NCBI GenBank assembly: GCA_035510555.1
Contig: DATKGX010000033.1
Location: 1-63,003, forward strand
DNA length: 63,003 bases
Direction: 5' to 3'
Origin: Patescibacteria group bacterium
Lineage (GTDB): Bacteria > Patescibacteriota > Microgenomatia > Levybacterales > UBA12049
How positions within the stretch are numbered: the first letter of the stretch is position 1; each line of letters begins with the position of its first letter. A program made the translations under genes and the position numbers. The notes beneath the pieces are model-generated. The model ran no database searches and was not told where the DNA came from. It was given only the letters and a program-made list of their open reading frames with translations. Shown here one piece after another: positions 22,123-30,881 of the stretch.

Positions 22123-24021
22123 ATTCTAATGATGGTTGAAATTATAGCATCTTGTGGCTTAGAATACATAGGAATGTTGGATAATCTACTATTTAGTTTG
22201 CCGGCGAATCTTTTTACAAAAATAGCACTCCTTAGACATGACTACGCCGGCGGCTTACTAGACTTGCGAGTTTTTATCACAATTTTTATTGGACTACTGC
22301 TATCGCTGGCACTGATTCTAATATCATATTTCTTGGGTGGAAAAATCCGCCGGTTTCTTAAAATTAACTTTTCCAACTTTAATTACTTAATTGATATCGG
22401 ACTTGGATATATATTTTTCTGCACGGGAATTGGATTGCTTGGCTTTTTTTCTCTGCTTACTCCCGCTATTTTGATAATCTACTTTTTATTTATATCCTTA
22501 TTGGCATTCTATCCATTCATAAACATTCCTAGATTATTTATAGAATTCATTCAAAGTTGTAAAAATTTACTGCCGGAAATTCGAAGTAATAAATTTATTT
22601 GGATATGGATAACTCTCTTTATTCTTTTAGCTTTTGCTACATTGGTCAATCCCGAAATTCGCGAAGACCAATACCATGTCGATTTTCCCAGGATTTATCT
22701 TAATAACCAAACCATCATGATTCCACCCAAAGAACAACTTCATGTTTCAGCTGCCCCAATGCTTTCCGAAATGTCTTACATGGCGGGTATTTTTTTGTGG
22801 TCGGTTGAATCCGCCAGGTATATTCACTTTGCTTTTTACCTACTGGTTTTACTTTCTCTATTTGAATTTTCAAGAATTAAGAACTATAAATTTGCGCTTT
22901 ACACGCCTTTGCTTTTTGCATCAGCACCGGTGATAATCCATGAAACTTCTTCCGTCTATACAGATTTGCAATGGGTTTTCTTCCTACTATTATCTTTAGC
23001 TATTTTACTGGGCAAAAAATTATCGGCAAAAGAATATTTTTTATCAGGCATTTTTTTAGGCGCAATGTTATCAGTAAAATTATGGACAATTATTTTTGTT
23101 CCGGTTTTAATAATTTATTTGCTTTTGGTGGGGCATAAATTCTTAACCCAAACGATTAAACATATCCTTGTTTTCAGTTTAGGCATAATCGGAGTATCGT
23201 TTATTTGGTTTTTAAGAACCTTTATTCTTACCGGTAATCCATTGTTCCCCGCTTTTAGTTCTCTATCAAACATCGGCACAGGAAGCGTACAATACGGTTT
23301 ATCACACTATTTAGGAATTAACCTGTATCTTTTAAATCCTGCAAATCTTATTAATGTTTTTAGTCCGCTGTTTTTTATTGGAATATGTCTAATAATTTAT
23401 AGATTAAGAAATAACCTGAAGTTTCTAAAATTAAACATTTTCATTTTTTTATTGATAACGTTTCTTTTTTATCTGATAACGCAATACATTTACGGACGTT
23501 ATTTAATCGGACTCTACATTCCACTGATATTTTTGGCATCGTTGGGAATTTACAATGCAGTTTCTAAATTCAAATTGACTAAATTATTTATAAGCTTAGT
23601 TCTTTTTATTTTATTTACATATTATTTTATTAATCAAATTCTAATTCTTCCTTACGCTTTTGGAATTGCCAACGAAAATAATTATCTAACCAGCATTTTA
23701 TCAAGGGACAATTCCAGTTATTATGATTTTGGAGGCAAATTCAATCAATATATCTCGGCAAAAGACTACGTTGCAACCTATAAAATATTCGGTTACTATT
23801 ACGCCAATTTTAAATTTATTGATGTAAACTTTATCTTTGACAAAAATAACATGTCATTTTATACGCTAAAAAAACGGGGAATTACAAAATTTTTTATTAA
23901 AGGAGGAGATATTAACTGGTTTTGTCAGAATGCGGGAATTTCCAATTGCGTTCCTTCAGAATATTCTTTGATTTCGTCTTACCAAAAATTCCCAACTTAC
24001 TATTTATATAGTATAAAATAG
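22117..24021 (+). CDS. GT-C-like polytopic membrane protein (start uncertain)
   Basis: 634-aa multi-TM ORF. The track start overlaps the divergent gene by 6 nt, so a downstream ATG (for example MLDNLL) is more plausible. Confidence 0.5.
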   Translation: MHILMMVEIIASCGLEYIGMLDNLLFSLPANLFTKIALLRHDYAGGLLDLRVFITIFIGLLLSLALILISYFLGGKIRRFLKINFSNFNYLIDIGLGYIFFCTGIGLLGFFSLLTPAILIIYFLFISLLAFYPFINIPRLFIEFIQSCKNLLPEIRSNKFIWIWITLFILLAFATLVNPEIREDQYHVDFPRIYLNNQTIMIPPKEQLHVSAAPMLSEMSYMAGIFLWSVESARYIHFAFYLLVLLSLFEFSRIKNYKFALYTPLLFASAPVIIHETSSVYTDLQWVFFLLLSLAILLGKKLSAKEYFLSGIFLGAMLSVKLWTIIFVPVLIIYLLLVGHKFLTQTIKHILVFSLGIIGVSFIWFLRTFILTGNPLFPAFSSLSNIGTGSVQYGLSHYLGINLYLLNPANLINVFSPLFFIGICLIIYRLRNNLKFLKLNIFIFLLITFLFYLITQYIYGRYLIGLYIPLIFLASLGIYNAVSKFKLTKLFISLVLFILFTYYFINQILILPYAFGIANENNYLTSILSRDNSSYYDFGGKFNQYISAKDYVATYKIFGYYYANFKFIDVNFIFDKNNMSFYTLKKRGITKFFIKGGDINWFCQNAGISNCVPSEYSLISSYQKFPTYYLYSIK

Positions 24022-24025
24022 AATT

Positions 24026-25759
24026 ATGACCGACGCGTACCATATGGTAATCGTAAATGTTATTACCTCTTGTCTGGTTTTTGGAGGAGTATTATTTTAC
24101 AAATTTATTTTCCCCAAGAAGAAGATTAATTTATTTGTTTTATTACTCGTAATTTCTATTTTGCCAGTCATTAGCATCGTCAGAACAGGTGTTTATGAAA
24201 GCGGAGACTTTAATCTACATATACGTAGAGCTATGGAATTTTATAGCCTACTCTCGCAGGGAAATTTTATTCCAACTTGGGCAGGCGACTTAAATGCAAC
24301 TTATGGCTATCCCCTATTTGCCTTTAATTACATTCTCCCCTATTACATAATTTCTTTATTTCATTTTGTGGGGCTTTCCTTTGTTGCGAGTATGAAAGTT
24401 TTCCTCTCCTTAAACATTGTTTTTTCTGCAGTTTTTATGTACTTCTTTACCAAAAATCATTTTAAAAATGCTCTTACCGCTTTTACCATTTCTATATTTT
24501 ATTTATTTGCGCCCTATCATTTAATTAACGTCCATTTCCGGATTACGGTAGGTGAAATTTTGGCTTACACGTTAATTCCGCTGGTTTTTTATTTTACACA
24601 AAAATTTATTAACCAAAAAAGAATTGTTTATCTTTTACTTTCAGGCTTAATGTTGGGATTAATAATTTTAAGCCATATCGCAGTTGCTATATATTTAATT
24701 CCCGCTATTATTCTTTACGCTTACATCACTGCAAAAACAATTAAGGAAACAGCTTTGTATTCTTTTTTCATTATTCTTATTTCACTGCTTGTAGCTTGCT
24801 TCCAATGGTCCGCATCGCTTATTTATTACCCTTATCTATTTGTCTCAACGCACCCGTCTTCCTACTTACCTTACTTTCCAACTATTAAAGATCTCTTGTA
24901 TTCTCCGTGGCGGTTGGGATTCTTGTTTCAAGGACCAAAAGGAGAACTTTCGTTTTTGCTAGGCTACGCTCAAGTCTTAGTCGTAGTTTCGCTAATAATA
25001 CTTTTGCTTAAAAAAAGAGACGGCAGCGCAACGAAAATAATTACGTTGTGGTTAACATTATTTTTTGTTTATATCTTTTTTGTTTTACCATATTCAAGTT
25101 TTATTTGGAAATATTTACCGGTTATAAAAGACAGCGGTTCACAACGGATTTTAATTCCGGTTGCTTTCTGCGCATCATTATTGGCCGGCTATCTTGCTAC
25201 TATTGTAAAAAAGAAATGGATAATATACGCCTTAATTTTATTAGCTATCGGAACAACAATCCTTAATTGGGGTAACAGAAGAACAATTCCTACGATTGAC
25301 GACGCTATTTTAAGAAATGATTTATCTTTAAGCTACCAGTGGGGAGATACACATATTTATGCTCTGCCAAAATGGGTCAATCCAGAACAACAATGGTTTA
25401 CAAAAATTCCGAAGTCTCATTTGGAAATCTTGAGCGGAAACGGAAATGTAGAGGAGCTTCAAAGAACATCAACTTTACACATCTATAAAATAAACGCACA
25501 AACACCCTTAAAATTAAGAGAAAATACTTTGTATTTCCCAGGCTGGACGGCAACGTTTAATGGTAAATCTGTTCTACTAGAACCTGACGGAAATGGAGTG
25601 ATTACTCTTAGTACGCCAAATGGAAAAGGAGAATTAATAATGAACTATCAAGATTTACTGCTTTTTCAATTAACTAAAATTATAAGCTTTGTATCTATAT
25701 TCTTAATTTGCCTTTATGTAATTATTTACTACTTAAAGATTCTAAAACAAAAGGCATGA
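24026..25759 (+). CDS. GT-C-like polytopic membrane protein
   Basis: 577 aa with many TM helices plus a C-terminal soluble beta-rich domain and a terminal TM. Same architecture as the neighbouring putative glycosyltransferases. Confidence 0.45.
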   Translation: MTDAYHMVIVNVITSCLVFGGVLFYKFIFPKKKINLFVLLLVISILPVISIVRTGVYESGDFNLHIRRAMEFYSLLSQGNFIPTWAGDLNATYGYPLFAFNYILPYYIISLFHFVGLSFVASMKVFLSLNIVFSAVFMYFFTKNHFKNALTAFTISIFYLFAPYHLINVHFRITVGEILAYTLIPLVFYFTQKFINQKRIVYLLLSGLMLGLIILSHIAVAIYLIPAIILYAYITAKTIKETALYSFFIILISLLVACFQWSASLIYYPYLFVSTHPSSYLPYFPTIKDLLYSPWRLGFLFQGPKGELSFLLGYAQVLVVVSLIILLLKKRDGSATKIITLWLTLFFVYIFFVLPYSSFIWKYLPVIKDSGSQRILIPVAFCASLLAGYLATIVKKKWIIYALILLAIGTTILNWGNRRTIPTIDDAILRNDLSLSYQWGDTHIYALPKWVNPEQQWFTKIPKSHLEILSGNGNVEELQRTSTLHIYKINAQTPLKLRENTLYFPGWTATFNGKSVLLEPDGNGVITLSTPNGKGELIMNYQDLLLFQLTKIISFVSIFLICLYVIIYYLKILKQKA

Positions 25760-26417
25760 TTTTTCTGTTAAAGTGAACATCGTCAAACACAAATCTTCTA
25801 ATTCTTTCTTTATTTTTGTCAATCAGCTTATCGTAAATATACACGAATTTATAGTTATTCATATCTGAGAATTGTTTTAATTTTTTATTCATTTTTTTGG
25901 CGATTAAAGACCTTTTTTCTCGATCTGCATAAAAGGGATAATTGTATATATTATTTTCTTCTCCTTGAGGGAGAACGTTAAATACGTATATGTTTGCAAG
26001 AGAGTATTTCCTTTTAACAAAGACTAGGAATTTAAAGTACTCCGCAACCGTTTCCTGTATAATTTGATCTATGCTTATTTTTCTTTCATTAGCAATCTTA
26101 TTGATATGAATTCTTACGTCAAGTTCCCCAAAGACAAATATTATATTTAGGGGTTTATTCCTGTATATCTTATTTAAAATCTTTAATACCTTGTTTTTAC
26201 TTTTTGTTGTGCTTTTTTTAAAATTTAATTTGTATGCTGTAGCTGGGCCTATGTGATAAATTATAAATGCCTCATGTTGAAAGCATAAAGTATGACTGTC
26301 TCCGATGACATTAAATATTGGTTTATTTGTAACTCTTCGAATAAATCTTTTTATCTCTAAGGTTTTGAAAAATATAATCCCTTTTGTTTTTTTGTATTGG
26401 AGATGTATGCTAAGCAT
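25722..26417 (-). CDS. SGNH/GDSL-like hydrolase (tentative)
   Basis: NVIGDSHT near the N-terminus (block I GDS) and FDDVHFN near the C-terminus (block V DxxH). Otherwise unrecognised. Confidence 0.35.
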   Translation of the reverse strand: MLSIHLQYKKTKGIIFFKTLEIKRFIRRVTNKPIFNVIGDSHTLCFQHEAFIIYHIGPATAYKLNFKKSTTKSKNKVLKILNKIYRNKPLNIIFVFGELDVRIHINKIANERKISIDQIIQETVAEYFKFLVFVKRKYSLANIYVFNVLPQGEENNIYNYPFYADREKRSLIAKKMNKKLKQFSDMNNYKFVYIYDKLIDKNKERIRRFVFDDVHFNRKIMPFVLESLSSK

Positions 26418-26423
26418 AGATGA

Positions 26424-27497
26424 TTACGTCCAAAGTCTTAAATAGAGGTTAACCATTTTTTCCCAAGTTTCGTTTTTTACCCAAAGATAGGCTCTAGTAA
26501 CTTCTAGGTTTTTCTTTTCCATGTAATTTTCTACCGCATTGCTTATTAAAGCTGCATCGCTGGTAATTGATATATATTTAGCAAAAGGTGCCATTTGCAA
26601 ATAATCTCTTTTAATTTCGTTATTGTACTGTGCGAAGACAGGTTTTTGTAAAGCCATCGCCTCAAGTATGCCTAGATACCTTGAACAAAAAACATATTCA
26701 TAATTTTTAATAAAGCTGCTCGCGTTGCCAACGAATCCTTTAAAATTTACCCTTAAATTGTGGGTTTTCGAGTAATTTAATGACTCAGATTTTAAGGCTC
26801 CGTCTCCGTAAACATCTAGGCTCAAGATTATACGTCTTTCTTGCAAGAAATTTAATGCTTTTAAATATTCTAAAATTCCCGTCTCCTCCTCCAATCTTCC
26901 TAGAAACATCGCGCTATTTTTCTGAGAAACATTAGTTTTTGAGTTTTTAGTTTTACTGTCACTTAAATTGACTGCTCCGTATGTTACAAAAGTTGGTTTT
27001 GTGCCATACCATTTTTTTAAAAAATCTCCGACACAAATATTTCCATAAGAAAGTTTTTCCGCCAGCTTATGCATTAATTTTGCTTTTGTATTTGGAATGT
27101 TATTTCCTTCATATCCGTGGAAAGTTGTATAGACTTTTTTAGTCGGATATAAAAACCGGAAGGGAAGGTACCAGAAGAAGACATCATGACAATGGATAAT
27201 GTCAGCACTTATGATTATTCTTTTTAGCTTCCAAAGCTGCTTCCAAACCCGAAATTTCTTAAACCAATCGTCTGCGCCTGCGTTAATCCGGAAAATTTCG
27301 ATTCCGGCGACTTTTCCCGTAAGCCTGGCGCTCTTGGAGACAGAGTGATAATTTTGACCATTCGTATTTTTTTCGAGTTCCGTGATGACGATTACTTTGT
27401 GGCCTTTTTTAACTAATCGCTTGCCAACTTCCAAAACATGCTTCTCTACCCCACCAATTTGCGGATAAAACCTCCTCGCCAAAAACACAATAGTCAT
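26424..27497 (-). CDS. GT4 (GT-B fold) glycosyltransferase
   Basis: N-terminal RRFYPQIGGVEKHVLEVGKRLVKKGHKVIVIT is typical of GT4 enzymes. Confidence 0.8.
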   Translation of the reverse strand: MTIVFLARRFYPQIGGVEKHVLEVGKRLVKKGHKVIVITELEKNTNGQNYHSVSKSARLTGKVAGIEIFRINAGADDWFKKFRVWKQLWKLKRIIISADIIHCHDVFFWYLPFRFLYPTKKVYTTFHGYEGNNIPNTKAKLMHKLAEKLSYGNICVGDFLKKWYGTKPTFVTYGAVNLSDSKTKNSKTNVSQKNSAMFLGRLEEETGILEYLKALNFLQERRIILSLDVYGDGALKSESLNYSKTHNLRVNFKGFVGNASSFIKNYEYVFCSRYLGILEAMALQKPVFAQYNNEIKRDYLQMAPFAKYISITSDAALISNAVENYMEKKNLEVTRAYLWVKNETWEKMVNLYLRLWT

Positions 27498-27949
27498 ATA
27501 ACAAGGCCAATTCTACCATTATTCAATTCTTATAACAAATCTAAATCGTTGATTCATGAAACGTAGATTGTGCGACATAGGGAACCATTGATTTCTAAGA
27601 CCGGATGCATAATAATACAAGCTCTAGAAAAGTCAAATAATCAAAAAATGTTTAATGATAAAGCCTAAAGTTTCTTATCTCCAGTATGACTTACAAAGAA
27701 TTTATCGAGTGAAGTTTTTAGACTACCAAAATCAGGAATACTAATGAAATGACCCTTCTCATCCCGGGGACGGCTTTTGGAAACCTCACTTTTCAGCTTA
27801 TCTTCAGCCATAATTAATTATGGCTAATTATTTTCTAAAAAATCAAGTACTACCTTACTATGAGGTTTTATGATAAGAAGTTGATGAGTCAAAAGACGTA
27901 TCAAATTATCTCCGGAGATATTAAAGATTTAATAAATAGCCTCTAAAGT

Positions 27950-28195
27950 TTATTTCTTCTTTTCTGCGTAGCGGATTAGATTCCAAACGAAAAAGGCCAC
28001 AAATGACGTTCCAAAGCAGATTGCGCCAAAAGTGTCTTCTCTTGGAAAAGGAAGCAAATGCGTTAACGGCTCGGACAAAGTCCAGGGGTGAAACCAAGCA
28101 CTTTCCGCAATATATATCCACCCCGCCAACCCGAATACAAAAAGCGAGAATGAAAGCGCCTTAATAATTTTAATAACCATTTTCTTGTCTATCAT
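27950..28195 (-). CDS. Small two-TM membrane protein
   Basis: 81-aa ORF with two hydrophobic helices and a KKK tail. No recognisable family. Confidence 0.4.
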   Translation of the reverse strand: MIDKKMVIKIIKALSFSLFVFGLAGWIYIAESAWFHPWTLSEPLTHLLPFPREDTFGAICFGTSFVAFFVWNLIRYAEKKK

Positions 28196-28266
28196 ACTTA
28201 GATTATATATAGAGGTTTTTACATGTGCAAGGCCTAACTGGAGGATCGGACCCTGAGACTAGATAT

Positions 28267-28295
28267 TTGACAGGCAGAGGGTTTGGTGATATAAC
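28267..28295 (+). promoter_or_regulatory. Candidate sigma70-like promoter for the 326-aa ORF (leaderless)
   Basis: TTGACA (28267-28272), 17-nt spacer, TATAAC (28290-28295). GTG at 28301 and ATG at 28304 lie 5 and 8 nt downstream; no SD. Confidence 0.45.
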
Positions 28296-28300
28296 GCACA

Positions 28301-29281
28301 GTGATGAGTGACGAAAGAAATTTTCTACCTTCGGTTGTTGATGGTTTGCTGGCAGGCTTTGCTATAGATAATGCAGCCGGTCGGATTAAAGGAGAGGAAA
28401 AAACTATACCATTAGATGATCCTAATCGCGTAATTGCCAGGGTTCATGCTATCCTTGGCGACGTTGATGTCTCACAAGTGGGAAAATTCAAGAACGGAGA
28501 TTGGGACATCACCGTTGACACTAATCATCCTGGAGGACTAGATACTTCATCCGGGAAAGCTGTCTGGGGAACATACGTAAGGGCATCTCGAGGATACTCA
28601 AGAAGAGATCCAGATGCTAGTATGTTTATACCGGCAGGCGAAGTTATTCCAGCGGGAGAGCGTAGGACTGTTGCTGAGTACAGTTTAGGCGCTATGACTG
28701 AGCAGTATAAAGAAGTCAACGCTTTTGCCACACGCTATAGCGACGGGACAACAGAGGGTAGTCTGTATGTATCGGCGCCTTATTTTGTCTTGCCAGAACA
28801 GATCCAACACGCCAGAGAGCTCCTGGGAATTGAAGTCCCAGCTTTTCAAGATAACCCGACTGCTTTACAACTTGAAATTTCTGAAGCTGACGCTAAACTA
28901 ATAGGCAGCTTACCTTTTAGGCACATTCGTTTTGAGCCTGATCAAGATTCGGAAGAACCGTTGACGAATGATGCACGTTTTTATTTAAAAGACTTTGTAG
29001 TAGAAACCAGCTATAAAGATTCTTACGACATTGACTACCTTGCTTTCCCTTTCCAAACCATTACTGAACTTGTAACTAAAGCTAGGCAATCCTCATCGCT
29101 TGGAGCTGATATGGAAGTTGTAGGTGAACATCATGTACATTCGGAAGAATGGGATTATTTTTCCCCTGACCACAAAGGAGGACCGGAGAAATCAACACCT
29201 GTTAAGATTAAGTTGCATCTTTTACTAGCGGGAGAAAGTCCACAAATGTCGGTAACCTCTGAACCCATTAAACCAAGCTAG
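28301..29281 (+). CDS. Hypothetical protein (326 aa), no recognised domain
   Basis: Long ORF with higher GC than its neighbours; I counted 29/60 G+C at 28561-28620. Strong promoter upstream, and the hairpin plus T-run of trailer copy B lies downstream. Confidence 0.6.
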   Translation: MMSDERNFLPSVVDGLLAGFAIDNAAGRIKGEEKTIPLDDPNRVIARVHAILGDVDVSQVGKFKNGDWDITVDTNHPGGLDTSSGKAVWGTYVRASRGYSRRDPDASMFIPAGEVIPAGERRTVAEYSLGAMTEQYKEVNAFATRYSDGTTEGSLYVSAPYFVLPEQIQHARELLGIEVPAFQDNPTALQLEISEADAKLIGSLPFRHIRFEPDQDSEEPLTNDARFYLKDFVVETSYKDSYDIDYLAFPFQTITELVTKARQSSSLGADMEVVGEHHVHSEEWDYFSPDHKGGPEKSTPVKIKLHLLLAGESPQMSVTSEPIKPS

Positions 29282-29326
29282 TGTGAACCTGAGAGCCCTG
29301 CTCACGCTGGATTTCGCTGATACTCA

Positions 29327-29365
29327 AGATTTCCCCCAAGGGGACTAGCTTTTTCAAAGCGGCGC
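29327..29365 (-). repeat. tRNA-trailer element, copy B (39 nt)
   Basis: Its reverse complement gcgccgctttgaaaaagctagtccccttgggggaaatct matches 6092-6130 at 34/39. Lies 26 nt 3' of tRNA-Val. On the + strand the hairpin is followed by ctagcttttt, so it could terminate the 326-aa gene. Confidence 0.8.
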
Positions 29366-29391
29366 GGACCTCTGACTTCTTAATTACATTG

Positions 29392-29463
29392 TGGACCCTG
29401 CAAGATTCGAACTTGCGACATCTGCAATGTGAATGCAGCGCTCTACCGCTGAGCTAAGAGTCC
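29392..29463 (-). tRNA. tRNA-Val (anticodon CAC), no encoded CCA
   Basis: Hand-folded on the minus strand. Acceptor ggactct/agggtcc (one G-U pair), D arm gctc-agcggta-gagc, anticodon stem ctgca/tgcag with loop ttCACat, T arm gcaag-ttcgaat-cttgc, discriminator A. Confidence 0.85.
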
Positions 29464-29480
29464 ACAATATAAATAAAACA

Positions 29481-29504
29481 GGTCTACCGCTGAGCTACAA
29501 GTCC
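29481..29504 (-). pseudogene. Orphan tRNA 5' fragment (acceptor 5' strand plus D arm only)
   Basis: The minus strand reads ggacttgtagctcagcggtagacc, very similar to the first 24 nt of tRNA-Val (ggactcttagctcagcggtagagc). No anticodon or T arm follows. Confidence 0.55.
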
Positions 29505-29583
29505 TAACCCCTAAATCTTAGCACAAATTAGTGGCTTTTGTGTAGTTTAAACATATAATTGAAGAGTAATAATCTCAAACTTT

Positions 29584-30207
29584 CTAAAAGCGGTCGATGA
29601 CGGTATGTCCAATTGTAAGCGAGGCCTCTCCTGTTACCCGTGCGTGGTCACTGTAATAATCATTCTCAAAAGTATCAACTATGTCATCGATTTTATCTGC
29701 TAACCTTTTTCCTTCGGGGCATAAACCTTTATAAATCTCAGGAGCCACTTTTATAACTGCTTGTGCCTTCCTTAAAGTTTCCGCTTCCCGAGTAGTTAAC
29801 CTTCTTCCTTGAGCATGATTTATTGACACACCAACCTTAAGTGCTATGTCTGTTGGACTATTACCAATAGAGGCAACTAAATCAACTATATTACGAATCT
29901 CCGTTCTTCCTGTTAATGATGTGTATATAGGTGATCCGTATCTTTCAATTGCATTGTCTGAGAAATCTTGATTGGTCACGCCGGCAATAAAAGCCGTAAG
30001 TTGTCCCTTTTTAACGTCTGACCGATGACTTGCATATAAAATGGCAGCACAAAGTCCCTCAAGAACTGCAGTTTCGAAATGAGAAGTTGATGCATCTAAT
30101 ACAGCTATTCCTGTGCAAAGTGGGGTTCCCCAACTAGCACCACCTTCGGTATACTTCCCAATACCGTCGGTATTTACTACTCGACGAGCTTCTTCCTTAA
30201 ATCCCAT
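29584..30207 (-). CDS. Hypothetical protein (207 aa), no recognised domain
   Basis: Intact ORF with a consensus TATAAT 6 nt upstream of its ATG. Confidence 0.6.
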   Translation of the reverse strand: MGFKEEARRVVNTDGIGKYTEGGASWGTPLCTGIAVLDASTSHFETAVLEGLCAAILYASHRSDVKKGQLTAFIAGVTNQDFSDNAIERYGSPIYTSLTGRTEIRNIVDLVASIGNSPTDIALKVGVSINHAQGRRLTTREAETLRKAQAVIKVAPEIYKGLCPEGKRLADKIDDIVDTFENDYYSDHARVTGEASLTIGHTVIDRF

Positions 30208-30213
30208 AGGGGG

Positions 30214-30241
30214 ATTATAGCAATTTTCAAACAGAATGCAA
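30214..30241 (-). promoter_or_regulatory. Candidate promoter for the 207-aa ORF (leaderless)
   Basis: Minus strand: TTGCAT (30241-30236), 16-nt spacer, TATAAT (30219-30214), then 6 nt to the ATG at 30207. No SD. Confidence 0.45.
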
Positions 30242-30264
30242 GAGTATAGGATAAATAACTATGG

Positions 30265-30293
30265 TTGACAAAGCGAGTTGAACTTGGGAGAAT
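30265..30293 (+). promoter_or_regulatory. Candidate promoter for lepB (leaderless)
   Basis: TTGACA (30265-30270), 17-nt spacer, GAGAAT (30288-30293), then 6 nt to the ATG at 30300. No SD. Confidence 0.35.
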
Positions 30294-30299
30294 TAAATA

Positions 30300-30881
30300 A
30301 TGTTACTGATTAGAAAGATTTACGCGTTTCTAATCGACGGCGTTGAAACGCTTCTAATCGCCGCGGCAATCTTCTTAGTCATCTACGCCTTTCTTTTCCG
30401 CCCGTTTAACGTTCAGGGGGATTCCATGTACCCAAACTTTCATAATGGCGAATATGTAATCACTAATTTAATTGGTTTTGAAGATTTCAAAATCTATCAT
30501 GCTAACTTTGGTACTTTAAACTTAGGTGACGTCGTTGTCTTTGTTGCGCCACCGGACCCAACCAAAGATTACATCAAGAGAGTAATTGGCGTTCCCGGCG
30601 ATAAAGTGATGATTAAAGGCGGTAGCGTCTACGTTAATGATAAACTTTTGGACGAAAGTGTCTATCTAAAATCAGATGTCAAAACATATGAAGGAGCATT
30701 TTTAAATGAAGGACAAACCGTTACCGTACCCGCTAACCAGTATTTTGTTTTGGGCGATAACCGGCCGGAAAGTTCCGACTCAAGAACATGGGGTTTTGTG
30801 ACTAAAGATGAAATCGTTGGGAAATCTTTGTTTGTTTACTGGCCATTTAACCGCGTGAGGTTAATACAAAATCCTTATTAA
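30300..30881 (+). CDS. lepB: Signal peptidase I
   Basis: N-terminal TM, catalytic Ser box GDSMYPN, YIKRVIGVPGD, and GDNRPESSDSR. Confidence 0.9.
   Translation: MLLIRKIYAFLIDGVETLLIAAAIFLVIYAFLFRPFNVQGDSMYPNFHNGEYVITNLIGFEDFKIYHANFGTLNLGDVVVFVAPPDPTKDYIKRVIGVPGDKVMIKGGSVYVNDKLLDESVYLKSDVKTYEGAFLNEGQTVTVPANQYFVLGDNRPESSDSRTWGFVTKDEIVGKSLFVYWPFNRVRLIQNPY

Noticed and set aside
22117-22170. The overlap of the divergent genes 19522-22122 (-) and 22117-24021 (+) as a genuine head-to-head overlap.
   Set aside because: Divergent genes need promoter space. The + gene has in-frame ATGs shortly downstream, so the overlap is probably an ORF-calling artefact.
27665-27811. A 48-aa minus-strand ORF (MAEDKLKSEVSKSRPRDEKGHF...).
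   Set aside because: It has no SD, no recognisable promoter spacing and no motif. It is reported only in connection with the palindrome, not as a feature.
30137-30149. A 13-nt exact match (gcaccaccttcgg) between the duplicated tRNA-Thr 3' end region (6167-6179) and the interior of the 207-aa ORF. I considered it as a possible distant att site that would define a ~24-kb element.
   Set aside because: The match is short and was found post hoc. It lies inside an intact reading frame (coding TEGGA) and does not extend into the tRNA-specific flank. Most likely coincidence; only a genome-wide repeat search could revive it.
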